Below, in pieces: positions 37,758 through 47,253 of a stretch of DNA of 64,000 nucleotides (its first letter is position 1; each line of letters starts with the position of its first letter). The DNA lies in contig CAVXRD010000002.1 of NCBI GenBank assembly GCA_963764165.1, forward strand, positions 864,001 through 928,000, read 5' to 3'. Origin of the DNA: an uncultured Verrucomicrobiae bacterium. GTDB taxonomy: Bacteria > Verrucomicrobiota > Verrucomicrobiia > Limisphaerales > Palsa-1400. The translations under genes and the position numbers were made by a program. Below the pieces are notes generated by a model. It saw only the letters and a list, made by a program, of their open reading frames with translations, searched no databases and had not been told where the DNA came from.

Positions 37758-37839
37758 TTGTGGTATGATTGTCCCATAAGTCCGCGTGCGCTCCAAATGT
37801 GGATAACCCGGACTTCCCCACCTTCATAAAAAAATCTTT

Positions 37840-38529
37840 ATGGATCATAACAATGAAAATCAATCCGGCACGGTGCTGCCAGATAACGCAGAGTTCGGAA
37901 ACGTGCAGAACAATTCCGAATCGTTCGGAAAGATTCCGCACGTTGCGGAAAGGTTCGGAAGAATTCCGAACGATGCCGAAAGGTTCCGAAGCGTTCCGAG
38001 GGCTTCCGCAAGGAACGAAAATCACACGCTTACAGTCCGCGACTCGGCTCGGATGTTCGAGGCCGCAGGGGTCGCTCGGACGGAACGGAGCATTGTTAAT
38101 TGGTGCCAGCCTAACAAATCAGGTATCGCCAGATTGGACGCGTATTTCGATCCAAATGAACGTCGGTATTTTATTACGTCCCAAAGTGTGGAATCCGCAA
38201 TCGCGGAAGAATTGGCCAAAGCGGCTAAGGGCGGCGAGCCTTCCGAACCTGACGGCATGCTTCGGAAAGGTTCGGAAAAGCCGCAAACCGATAGCGAGTC
38301 GCATAGCGACAGCGACCGGAGCAGGGAATTGGAAAAGGAGAACCTGGATTTGAAGATCACCAACCGGGGCAAGGATTTTTTCATCGAGCAACTTCAGAAA
38401 GAACGGGAATCCTTTGCCCGGGAGCGCGAGAATTATGTCGAAAAATTGATGTCCTTCAACCGGCAAGTTGGTGAACTCGAGGCCAAGTTACATCAATTAG
38501 ACTCTCCAAAATCAAGCCCTTCCTCTTGA
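37840..38529 (+). CDS. HTH-like plus coiled-coil protein, divergent from the rep-like gene
   Basis: LTVRDSARMF..RTERSIVNWC; C-terminal heptad coiled coil. Confidence 0.7.
   Translation: MDHNNENQSGTVLPDNAEFGNVQNNSESFGKIPHVAERFGRIPNDAERFRSVPRASARNENHTLTVRDSARMFEAAGVARTERSIVNWCQPNKSGIARLDAYFDPNERRYFITSQSVESAIAEELAKAAKGGEPSEPDGMLRKGSEKPQTDSESHSDSDRSRELEKENLDLKITNRGKDFFIEQLQKERESFARERENYVEKLMSFNRQVGELEAKLHQLDSPKSSPSS
37891..38010. repeat. Twelve tandem 10-bp degenerate repeats (nnnTTCSGAA)
   Basis: GAGTTCGGAA ACGTGCAGAA CAATTCCGAA TCGTTCGGAA AGATTCCGCA and so on. Confidence 0.85.
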
Positions 38530-38759
38530 CAACCGCAATCGCGCCTGCAAAATCGAAGCATCATCAATGATCCAATCGCCTCGCAAACGTAAACCGAGGC
38601 GAGCAGTGAAATACTCCGGTGCTCGCGCGCGAAGGGAAAATTGGTTTTTTCGCGTCCTGGGAGAATCCCGAAGTGAAGTGAATTGCTTTGCCCCCTGATT
38701 TTTAACTAAAGTGGCCGTGTTCCCGACAATCGAGGACAACAACGATAAGGCATTGAGAC

Positions 38760-39524
38760 GTGATGAACAGAGGCAATAAAGCGAGTTTGGATCAGGGAGC
38801 AGATTTGCTCGACGCCGTTGCAGCGGATGGCGGCGATGGGCGCGAGTCCCTTTCTGGTTTGGAGATAGCCCGATCTGAAAGCGCGGTGGCCGCTGGATTT
38901 AAATTCGGCACAAACGGTCCTCATTCGAGCCGGACGATGATGATCAATGACCTGTGCGTATTGCTGGAACGGACTCCTCCGGAAGCCTCGCTCGCTGATT
39001 TTCGGCGAATTATCGTGGACGAAAATCTGCTGAACAAAAAAACCGATTCCACTCGACGCGAAACTTTGCGGCGACTGCGGGAGCTTTACGCGCTTGACGG
39101 GGATACACCGGTGTTCCGCGTCCTCCGAAATTACTGGTCGCACGACCCCGTTGGACGCCCTCTGTTAGCTCTACTCGTCGCGCTTGCCCGTGACCCGTTG
39201 TTGCGAATTTCTTCGTCGGTCATTTTGAATGCGCGGCTTGGAAGTGAAGTGCCTGTCAGCTTATTTGACGAGGCCCTCTCGCGTGCCATGCCAGGCCATT
39301 TCCGTCCCAAGATACAGGCCGCGACGGCGCGGCACATCGCCTCCTCTTGGGAACAGTCTGGTCATCTCGCAGGGAGATTGCGCAAGACACGCGCTGTTGT
39401 GTCTCCGACGCCGTGGACTGTTGCTTTGGCGGTGTTTCTCGCATATCTTGCGGGTGGGCGAGGCGAATACACCCGGTCTGTTTCCAAAAAGCTGAAGGTT
39501 CTGTCGTTATCCTCAAGTTTTTGA
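38760..39524 (+). pseudogene. brxA: BrxA-like BREX protein, truncated near 39467
   Basis: GFKFG..SSRTMM..ENLLNKKT..LRELYALD..ARDPLLR..SSWEQSGHL; similarity ends at GGRGE; no other brx genes present. Confidence 0.65.
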
Positions 39525-39917
39525 GCGGCTTCCGATTCCCGGATTCCTGGCAAAAATCGTTTCTTCTTGAGGTGTTTCCCAAGGGGTGTAGGCCCTTTTC
39601 GGTGTCCATATAGGCGCAACGTCCTTTCGAGAGACGAATACGATGCAGTCGCAAAAAAGGCAATATCGCGCACGCAGGACAGCGAAATACGAGGTTTGTC
39701 ACCGAATGGAGTCTCAGGAAATGGATTCCGAGGAAAACGGGCATCTTATTCTCACTCCGCACGTTGTGAGAATCGCTTTAACCTGCTGCAAATGCAGGGC
39801 TTTCCGAGGCGACTTCAAAAATCTCGCTGCTGTTATTCTCACTTTTATTCTCATTATGTGAGTTTTGGGAGTGCGTTAATTTCATAAGCGCTTGAACATC
39901 AACGCACTAATTGTGAA

Positions 39918-39947
39918 TGGAGCGGGTGAAGGGAATCGAACCCTCGT
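39918..39947 (-). other. 3' fragment of tRNA-Gly (att-site duplication), not a full tRNA
   Basis: ACGAGGGTTCGATTCCCTTCACCCGCTCCA = T-arm, acceptor 3' strand and CCA; 5' half absent. Confidence 0.85.
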
Positions 39948-40063
39948 CTCGATGACTCGCATTGAGTGCATAAAAATTCGCCGCGCTGGCGCAAATGAAT
40001 GCGCTGATCGATCGCACCGGCATCGGTGCTTGAAAATCCGCCGGCGTATGGGAAGATAGCCGC

Positions 40064-40300
40064 ATGAACTCGGACGACCTGCGATTAATTGACAGCCGTT
40101 TTTGATCCCGCGCCAGAGAGCAGCTACACCTGCCACTTCGAGAATTGCCAGAGATTTTTTCCGAAGGCGAAACCGTGGAGCAGGCCAAGGCAAACCTTTT
40201 GGATGCGCAGACGCAAGTGATGGAGTATCACCGGGATGAAGCGCGGAAGAACCCCGTACACGGCTCGATGCGCGAAGAATTCGAACTTGCGGCTTCGTGA
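40064..40300 (+). pseudogene. hicB: HicB-like antitoxin with two frameshifts
   Basis: LTAVFDPAPESSYTCHFE/ELPEIFSEGETVEQAKANLLDA reconstructed across frames. Confidence 0.7.
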
Positions 40301-40365
40301 AACGGCTGGATTTGGAACGCCACCTTCGCGCTCATGGCTGTCTTCTTGTCCGCGAGGGCGGGCAA
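40297..40365 (+). pseudogene. hicA: HicA-like toxin N-terminal remnant
   Basis: GTGA overlap; VKRLDLERHLRAHGCLLVREGG, then degenerates. Confidence 0.65.
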
Positions 40366-40430
40366 CCGACGAAAAGCGCAGAACGAAATATGGATTGCCG
40401 GTCACTTCTGACAGCCTTATATTGCGGAGC

Positions 40431-40652
40431 GTGACTACGTTAGCCAAAATCCAAGCCGCCACAGAAATCTTGCCTCTGAAACAGCAAAAGGAATTGTATC
40501 GTTTCCTGGGCGCACGTCTGCGCCCGGCGCATCGGCGGATTCGGAAAGCGCGCCTCATTCGGAAGGGCGGTGACACGCTTCTCGCGGCCCCGTCCGGCGC
40601 GCCGCCCATGACCGCGGAAAACGTGAAGCGGATGTTGGAAGACTGGCCCTAA
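40431..40652 (+). CDS. Putative antitoxin
   Basis: 73-aa ORF from GTG, ending 2 nt before the PIN toxin. Confidence 0.65.
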   Translation: MTTLAKIQAATEILPLKQQKELYRFLGARLRPAHRRIRKARLIRKGGDTLLAAPSGAPPMTAENVKRMLEDWP

Positions 40653-40654
40653 GC

Positions 40655-41068
40655 GTGAAGTGGCTTCTGGATGTAAATTTCATCTTGGCATCGCGATGGA
40701 CAACTCATCCCAACCATCGGGCGGCGACGGCTTGGATTAATTCGATAAACGGGTTTTGCACGTGCGCGATTAGTGAGTTGGGATTCGTCCGAATCAGTTT
40801 AAGCAGCGCCTATGGGGCTACGTGGGGCGACGCCCAAGAAAGCCTGAAAAGACTGCACGCGCGTAACGGCCATCAATTCCTTGCGGATGATGTAAAGGGC
40901 ACTGACGCCCCGGAGACTGGTTCAAAGGATACAACCGATGCACATCTCGTAACGCTGGCGAAGCGGCACGGATTGAAGCTGGCAACTTTGGATACTGCCT
41001 TGGCCAGCAAACCATGGGCCGCAGATGTGGCAGAGAATCCATTGGCCCGTTCAGCGCAATCTCCCTGA
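40655..41068 (+). CDS. vapC: PIN-domain VapC toxin
   Basis: LLDVN, SELGFVRI, TTDAHLVTLA, LATLD. Confidence 0.9.
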   Translation: MKWLLDVNFILASRWTTHPNHRAATAWINSINGFCTCAISELGFVRISLSSAYGATWGDAQESLKRLHARNGHQFLADDVKGTDAPETGSKDTTDAHLVTLAKRHGLKLATLDTALASKPWAADVAENPLARSAQSP

Positions 41069-41161
41069 TTGCATTTGCCTTCAGAAGGGCGGCCCGCTAA
41101 TTTGACCCGAGTGACCCAACAATTGCTTTGCAAAGAGCAGCCTTCGCATTAACTATTGTTT

Positions 41162-42940
41162 ATGACGGAACACGGTCAGTCGGGTGAGCGCGTTTACAAA
41201 GGGATTCCTGTCTCCGCCGGCATTTGCCAGGGCAAAGCCTTCGTGCTTCACAAAGCTCAGACCCACATCCCTCACTACGCTGTGGCCGAGGCCGACCTTC
41301 CCCATCAGGTCCAGCGCTTTCACGACGCCCTCGTCCTGACCCGCCAGCAAATCCAGGGCGTGCAAAACAAAGTCAGCCAGGCTCTCAACGCCCAGGAAGC
41401 CTCTATTTTCGACGCCCACCTGCTGGTGCTGGATGACCCGACCTTGATCGATTCGGTCACGGAATTAGTGTTTACAAAGCGCATCAACGTCGAAGCCGCG
41501 TTCCATGAATTCACGCAGAAATACACCGCTACCCTTAGCGCCATCGACGATGCCTATTTGCGCGAGCGCGTGGCCGATCTGCGCGATGTGACCTCCCGCG
41601 TGATGAGCAACCTTCTCGGCAACGCCCAGCACCAGGCGCTCGAGGATATCACGGAGCCATGCATTATTCTGGCCGACGACCTAAGCCCGTCCGAGGTCGC
41701 CATTGTGGATCGAAAGGTCGTGCTCGGTTTTGCCACGGACAGCGGCAGCAAGACATCGCACATGTCCATCATGTCGCGCTCGTTGAAGGTCCCGGCGGTG
41801 GTGGGATTGAAGGACACAAGCGTCAAGATAAAATCCGGCCAGCAAATCCTGCTCGATGGGTATAACGGCACGATCGTCGTCAACCCGAGCGACCAGACGC
41901 TTTTCGAATACGGCAAACTCGTTCGCCAGCAGGCGTCCATCGAGGAAAAGCTTCGCTCACTTCAGGATCAGCCGGCCATTACGCTGGATGGGCTTCACAT
42001 TACGCTTTCCGCCAATATCGAGCAGCCTGGCGACGTTGCGGCAGCGCAGGATTGCGGAGCGGAGGGTGTCGGGCTCTTTCGCACCGAGTTTCTGTTTCTG
42101 AACCGCGACAATTTGCCGACGGAAGAGGAGCAATACGAAGCCTACCGAACGGTTGCGGAAGGCTTGAAGCCGGCGGCGGTGATCATTCGCACGCTGGATA
42201 TCGGCGGCGACAAATTCCTTTCGCACCTCCAAATTCCGCTGGAGATGAATCCGTTCTTGGGCTGGCGCGCCATTCGTTTTTGCCTTGAGGAAAAAGACGT
42301 CTTCCGCGCCCAGCTTCGCGCGATCCTTCGCGCCAGCGCGTTCGGGAATGTCAAAATCATGTATCCGATGATCTCGCATCATTCGGAAATCGATAAGGCG
42401 AACGAACTGCTCGAAGCTTACAAAAAGGAACTCGAAGCCGAGAATATTCCATTCGACAAAAACATCGAAGTTGGCGCGATGATCGAGATTCCGTCCGCGG
42501 CGGTAACGGCGGACATGCTGGCCAAGCGCGTGAAATTTTTCAGCCTGGGCACAAACGACCTCATTCAATACACGCTGGCGGTGGATCGCTTGAACGAGCG
42601 CATCGCGCATCTATACGAGCCGACGCATCCGGCGGTGTTGCGCTTGATCAAATGGACGGCCGAAGCGGCGCAGAAAAATGGATTGTGGTGCGGTGTCTGC
42701 GGCGAAATGGCAGGCGATCCCTACATGACGCCGCTTCTGCTCGGCTTGGGCGTGCGAGAATTGAGCATGTCCCCGCCATCGCTGCCGCGCGTGAAATTTT
42801 TGATTCGCCGCCTGAAAATGGAGGATGCGACAGAATTAGCCAACTTCGCCTTGAGCTGCGAATCAGGGTGTGCGATTTTGGAACGATCTATCGCATTGGC
42901 GCGCCGGACCGCGCCGAGTTTATTCGAGAATGAGACATAA
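41162..42940 (+). CDS. ptsI: PEP-protein phosphotransferase (PTS enzyme I)
   Basis: GSKTSH phospho-His motif, GLFRTEF, RTLDIGGDK, GTNDLIQY, CGEMAG. Confidence 0.95.
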   Translation: MTEHGQSGERVYKGIPVSAGICQGKAFVLHKAQTHIPHYAVAEADLPHQVQRFHDALVLTRQQIQGVQNKVSQALNAQEASIFDAHLLVLDDPTLIDSVTELVFTKRINVEAAFHEFTQKYTATLSAIDDAYLRERVADLRDVTSRVMSNLLGNAQHQALEDITEPCIILADDLSPSEVAIVDRKVVLGFATDSGSKTSHMSIMSRSLKVPAVVGLKDTSVKIKSGQQILLDGYNGTIVVNPSDQTLFEYGKLVRQQASIEEKLRSLQDQPAITLDGLHITLSANIEQPGDVAAAQDCGAEGVGLFRTEFLFLNRDNLPTEEEQYEAYRTVAEGLKPAAVIIRTLDIGGDKFLSHLQIPLEMNPFLGWRAIRFCLEEKDVFRAQLRAILRASAFGNVKIMYPMISHHSEIDKANELLEAYKKELEAENIPFDKNIEVGAMIEIPSAAVTADMLAKRVKFFSLGTNDLIQYTLAVDRLNERIAHLYEPTHPAVLRLIKWTAEAAQKNGLWCGVCGEMAGDPYMTPLLLGLGVRELSMSPPSLPRVKFLIRRLKMEDATELANFALSCESGCAILERSIALARRTAPSLFENET

Positions 42941-42945
42941 TTGAT

Positions 42946-43698
42946 ATGAAGGTACTGATTTTGGCCGCCGGCTACGCAACCCGGCTTTACCCCCTGACAC
43001 TGAACCAACCGAAACCGCTCTTGCCCGTCGCGGGGAAGCCACTGATCGACCATGTTCTTGACAACATTGCACCCATCGGAGTGGATCACGTTTATGTGGT
43101 CACGAACGAGAAATTCGCCGGCCACTTCCAGAAGTGGGCGGACAATTACCGCGCCACCAAGCACAAGCTCGATTTCACGATCGTCAACGATAAATCCACC
43201 GACGACACGAACAAGCTCGGCGCCATCGGCGACCTGCACCTCGTGTTGACCAAGGAAAAGGTGGACGATGATTTGATCGTCGTTGCCGGTGATAACTTGT
43301 TCAGCGAGACCCTCGAAAAATTCGGAGAAGTCTGCCGCAGCAAAAACGCCCCCGTGCTGGCCGTTTACGACGTCGGCAATTTGGAAGAGATTAAGAAATA
43401 CAACTCCATTTCCGTTGACGAATCCGGCAAAATCACGTTCTTCGAGGAAAAACCCAAACAGCCGACGAGCACGCTCACCGGCATTGCGCTTTATTACTAT
43501 CCGAAATCGACCCTGCCCCTGATCCATCAATACATGGCCGAAAAGAACAACCCGGACCAACCGGGCCGCCTTGTCCAATGGCTTTACACCCGCACCCCCG
43601 TGTACACGTGGAACGTGCCGGGAATCTGGTTCGACATCGGCGCGAAAGAAAGCCTGGAAGAAGCCGACCGCGTATTTTCGAAAAAGAATGTGGCTTGA
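42946..43698 (+). CDS. Sugar-phosphate nucleotidyltransferase family protein
   Basis: LILAAGYATRLYPLT..PKPLL, FEEKP, WFDIG. Confidence 0.9.
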   Translation: MKVLILAAGYATRLYPLTLNQPKPLLPVAGKPLIDHVLDNIAPIGVDHVYVVTNEKFAGHFQKWADNYRATKHKLDFTIVNDKSTDDTNKLGAIGDLHLVLTKEKVDDDLIVVAGDNLFSETLEKFGEVCRSKNAPVLAVYDVGNLEEIKKYNSISVDESGKITFFEEKPKQPTSTLTGIALYYYPKSTLPLIHQYMAEKNNPDQPGRLVQWLYTRTPVYTWNVPGIWFDIGAKESLEEADRVFSKKNVA

Positions 43699-43725
43699 CC
43701 TTTCGAAAGGTAGGGACGCCTCGCC

Positions 43726-45408
43726 GAGACTGTCTCAAAACGTTTTAGTCTGGCCGATCTGGTTATATGGGCACCAATAGGGGCTGTGGAAACGGGTGTC
43801 AACTTTTAGTTGTCAGAGCGTGGCTGGCGTCAGCGATGACGCCAAGCTTCCCTTTCCCTCCTTTTTTAGGCCGCCATCGCCAAATTTCCTTCAACCGCGG
43901 CGGTTTTGACTTCCATTTTCGGCGTCTGGACCCGGGCCTGCCACTTTTTATAGAGGATTCGCAGGTTCAAGGTGGCGCATAACAAGGCCCATTGGGCTTG
44001 CACGGCTTCCAGACCCCAAACTGTCCAACGCCGAAAGCCGTCGTGTTGCTTGAGCTGCCCAAACCGGCGTTCGATGATCTCTTTGCGCTTTCCATAAAGC
44101 GCGGCGGGTCCTGGCTCTTGCAGCCGGGCCCGCATGGCTTGCACCAGCGTGGTGTGCGGCCACACTTCGACTTGCCGCCCTTTGGGATCGCGGCTGCAGA
44201 GGGCGCGCACGGGACAGTCTCGGTGATGGCAGCGGAAGCGCTCAACGGTCTGGCCTTTCTTGGTGGTCTGGCCTTCGTGGTCCAGAAGGCGCTCTTGCGG
44301 GCAGGTGACGGTGTGGGCCGCCTCGTCATAATGAAAATGCTGCGTCGCGTAGGCGTTGTCGTGGGCTGGCTTGCCCTCCGCCGGCGGGGCCAGCACATTC
44401 ATCTGCTGTTCCACGGCCGCTTTCAAGTCGGCCCCGCCCCCATAGCCGGCGTCGGCGGCGGTGAGGGTTGGAATGGCCGCCGGACCGAGGTTTTGCCTCG
44501 CTTCTTCAATCATGGGGACCAGCTGGCCGGCGTCGGTTTCCTGGCGGGTGGCTTGACAGGCGACCATGATGCCCTCCTGGCTGTCGGCCACCGCCTGGGC
44601 GTTGTAGGCAAAGCGGTTGGTGTCGCCGACTTTCATCCGGCGCGCCTCCGGTTCGGCTGGATGGTAATGGTGGCGCCCGTCGGCCTGCAGCTGGGCCAGG
44701 CCTTTTTTGATTTCCTCGCGCAGGGCCTGGCGCTGGGCCAACCCGGCGGGCAGCCGGCAGCCCGGTGCGCTGGAATCCTGGTTCTCCGCCACGACTTTGA
44801 GCTCGATTTCCTCCAAGGCGCCATCCAGCTGGGCCAGGAGCTTCTCCATGTAAACCTTGCTCCAGCCCTGCGGCCCGCTGCAGGCGGCTTGAATCTTGGT
44901 GCCGTCCAACGCTTGCAAGGCAAATCCCACCGCCCCGGTGCGGAGGGCCAGCTGCACGGTTTGCTTGAAAACCTGGCGCAGGGCCTTTTTGTTTCCGTCC
45001 CAGAACCGCCAGAGGCTGTTGTGGTCGGGGGCGTTGAGCCCCGTCAGCCACAGCAGCAAGACATGCTCCGTGCAGGCGGTTTCCAGCTTGCGGGTGGAGC
45101 GAATGCGGTGGAAATAACCGTAAAGCCAAATCTTGAGCAGGAGGCTGGGGGCATAGGGCGGACGGCCTTCGGCGGCGGCGGGAATGACAAACCCAAGCTG
45201 GGGCAGATCCAACTGGTCGACAAATTCGCGCAGGAAGCGGGCGGGATGGTCGGCGGACACCCAGTCCTCCAGGGCGGGCGGGAGGAGGAACTGCTGTCCG
45301 TAATCAGGGGCAATCGGTTGAGCCATATTTGTTGAACGGCATTGTCAACTAAAGGCTCACATATTGTCAAATACATTCCTCAAAAAACAGAAGTTTTAAG
45401 ACAATCTC
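43726..45408 (-). mobile_element. IS1182-family insertion sequence
   Basis: TIRs GAGACTGTCTCAAAAC / GAGATTGTCTTAAAAC (14/16); 4-bp target duplication CGCC. Confidence 0.9.
43866..45326 (-). CDS. IS1182-family DDE transposase
   Basis: LLPPALEDWV..HPAR, GRPPY, LDGTKI, ADAGY, IERRFG.LK. Confidence 0.95.
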   Translation of the reverse strand: MAQPIAPDYGQQFLLPPALEDWVSADHPARFLREFVDQLDLPQLGFVIPAAAEGRPPYAPSLLLKIWLYGYFHRIRSTRKLETACTEHVLLLWLTGLNAPDHNSLWRFWDGNKKALRQVFKQTVQLALRTGAVGFALQALDGTKIQAACSGPQGWSKVYMEKLLAQLDGALEEIELKVVAENQDSSAPGCRLPAGLAQRQALREEIKKGLAQLQADGRHHYHPAEPEARRMKVGDTNRFAYNAQAVADSQEGIMVACQATRQETDAGQLVPMIEEARQNLGPAAIPTLTAADAGYGGGADLKAAVEQQMNVLAPPAEGKPAHDNAYATQHFHYDEAAHTVTCPQERLLDHEGQTTKKGQTVERFRCHHRDCPVRALCSRDPKGRQVEVWPHTTLVQAMRARLQEPGPAALYGKRKEIIERRFGQLKQHDGFRRWTVWGLEAVQAQWALLCATLNLRILYKKWQARVQTPKMEVKTAAVEGNLAMAA

Positions 45409-45533
45409 CGCCCAGGCGTCCGGAGACGGGAAGGTTTGTGGGCGCATAATTTCGCGCCGAGATCTGGCAAACCGAAGACTTTTCGTGCGGAGCTATTTGA
45501 GAAATAGATCGCACTCTGGATTGTCATGGCATC

Positions 45534-45559
45534 GGACGCCTCAGCGAGGCGTCCCTGCC
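45534..45559. repeat. REP hairpin; inverted partner of the IS-interrupted REP at 43709-43725/45409-45421
   Basis: GGACGCCTC-AGC-GAGGCGTCC-CTGCC; same family as the copy at 17205-17235. Confidence 0.75.
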
Positions 45560-45560
45560 T

Positions 45561-46445
45561 TCAAATGGCCTTCGGCGTGTGCCGGCCCTTGAATGTCAAT
45601 TCAGCCACGCCAGATTTATCCAATTCGCCCAGACCTTCGGCGATCATTTTGTCGAATTGCTTTTTTGTGGCGGCGGCCAGCGGGAGATTCAGCCCCAGCT
45701 CTTTCGCCAATCGGAGCGCGATGCCCGAATCTTTGGCGGCGTGCGCGGCGGAAAAAAAACAGCAATGCTCGCGGTTCTGCATGTCTTCGCCGTCGGTCTG
45801 CAAGACACGCGAGTTGGCGCCGGTTTGCGAAAACACCTCGCGCAAGAGCGTCAGATCCAAACCGAGCGCCGCGCCCAATCCAAGACCTTCCGCCAACCCA
45901 GCCGTGTTAATGTTCATCACCATGTTGACGAGCGCCTTGACCTGCGCGGCCTTGCCCGCCGCGCCGATGTACCGAGTGGAATTGGACAATTTCTCGAGAA
46001 TGGGCTTGGCGCGATTGAAGGCGGCCGCCGTTCCGCCGCACATCAAATAGAGCGTGCCTTCACGAGCCTGCGTTATGCTTGACGCCATGCACGCCTCCAA
46101 AACTTCCGCCCCGGTCTTATCGGCTTTTTGCTGCACCCAGGCGTGGATGTCCGGCGACACGGTGGCGCAATTGATGAACAACTTGCCCCGGCTGCGATTC
46201 AACAAACCACCGAGATAAATTCCCTTCATCGCCTTGTCGTCCGTCACGACAGTGATGATGACGTCCGACAATTGTGTGATGCTTTTCAAATCCGACGCCG
46301 CCTCGCAGCTCAATTCAAGAGCAAGGGCTTTCGCCGCTTCCGGGTTAATGTCATAAACGGCGGAGACAGTGAACCCCTGTTCTTTGAGGCGGCGCGCCAT
46401 GTTGGCGCCCATCCGGCCCACTCCGACAAATCCGATCTTTTCCAT
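45561..46445 (-). CDS. 3-hydroxyisobutyrate dehydrogenase family NAD(P)-dependent oxidoreductase
   Basis: IGFVGVGRMGANMA; VKALVN; AAKD. Confidence 0.9.
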   Translation of the reverse strand: MEKIGFVGVGRMGANMARRLKEQGFTVSAVYDINPEAAKALALELSCEAASDLKSITQLSDVIITVVTDDKAMKGIYLGGLLNRSRGKLFINCATVSPDIHAWVQQKADKTGAEVLEACMASSITQAREGTLYLMCGGTAAAFNRAKPILEKLSNSTRYIGAAGKAAQVKALVNMVMNINTAGLAEGLGLGAALGLDLTLLREVFSQTGANSRVLQTDGEDMQNREHCCFFSAAHAAKDSGIALRLAKELGLNLPLAAATKKQFDKMIAEGLGELDKSGVAELTFKGRHTPKAI

Positions 46446-46454
46446 AAATTTATT

Positions 46455-47207
46455 CTACTTCACCAGCCGCTTCGCCTTCCAAATCCACCAGCGATCCCGT
46501 TTGCGCTGGAAGCCCGGGGCGTGGCGGTCGTCGCTGATGGTTGCTCGAAATTCCGCCTGCGCCAAATCATTTTGTCCTGTGGCCAGATAGAGTTCGCCAA
46601 GTTGAACGCGGGCGCGAGCGTAGTTGTGATCCTTCAATACTTGCTGCCAGACACCAATCGCGCCTTCCTTGTCGCCCAAAGCGCCGAGCGCCTCGGCATA
46701 CGCCATCAGCGAATAACCGTAATCGTGCTTGGGATTTTCCGTGCAGACGTTGTAAAGCAGCGGACACGCTTCCTGCGCTCTTTTCTGCCGCAGCAAGCAT
46801 TGGCCTAGGTGCGCGCGGGCATCGATGTCCTGCGGATCGCGTTCCAATGAAGCGCGATAGCACGACTCGGCTTTCGTCATCTTGCCCTTGCGGAAATAGA
46901 TGTCACCCAGCTCGAAATAATGGTGGGGTTTGTCGAGATTATGAATCAACGCTTCAAGCTCCTTGATGCGCACGCGGCTGCCGGCGCCGGGAAGTTCAAA
47001 GGCCCCCACCGACGAGGGCGTGCCTCGATAAACGTAGAAAAAATACCAGATTGCGCCGATTCCGGGAGGGATGAAAATGACCAGCGCCCATAAATATTCA
47101 CCGCGGCGAATGGCATCGACGATCATCCAAAGCTGGAACGCGAATACCAAAAGCATCCACGGCTTTTCGCGCACCAAGCCTATATAATACTCCGGATTAA
47201 AACCCAT
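46455..47207 (-). CDS. Membrane-anchored TPR protein
   Basis: Two N-terminal TM helices followed by TPR repeats. Confidence 0.8.
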   Translation of the reverse strand: MGFNPEYYIGLVREKPWMLLVFAFQLWMIVDAIRRGEYLWALVIFIPPGIGAIWYFFYVYRGTPSSVGAFELPGAGSRVRIKELEALIHNLDKPHHYFELGDIYFRKGKMTKAESCYRASLERDPQDIDARAHLGQCLLRQKRAQEACPLLYNVCTENPKHDYGYSLMAYAEALGALGDKEGAIGVWQQVLKDHNYARARVQLGELYLATGQNDLAQAEFRATISDDRHAPGFQRKRDRWWIWKAKRLVK

Positions 47208-47253
47208 TCGCGCCGAATGCTCCACTAACGGACAGCGAGAGGTCAAATGCAAA

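Noticed and set aside
37891..38010. Repeat array as a CRISPR
   Set aside because: 10-bp degenerate tandem units with no unique spacers, and no cas genes in the window
39918..39995. Complete tRNA-Gly gene
   Set aside because: Only the T-arm and acceptor 3' strand are present; upstream sequence cannot form D or anticodon arms
43992..45335. 447-aa + strand ORF
   Set aside because: Antisense shadow of the GC-rich IS1182 transposase
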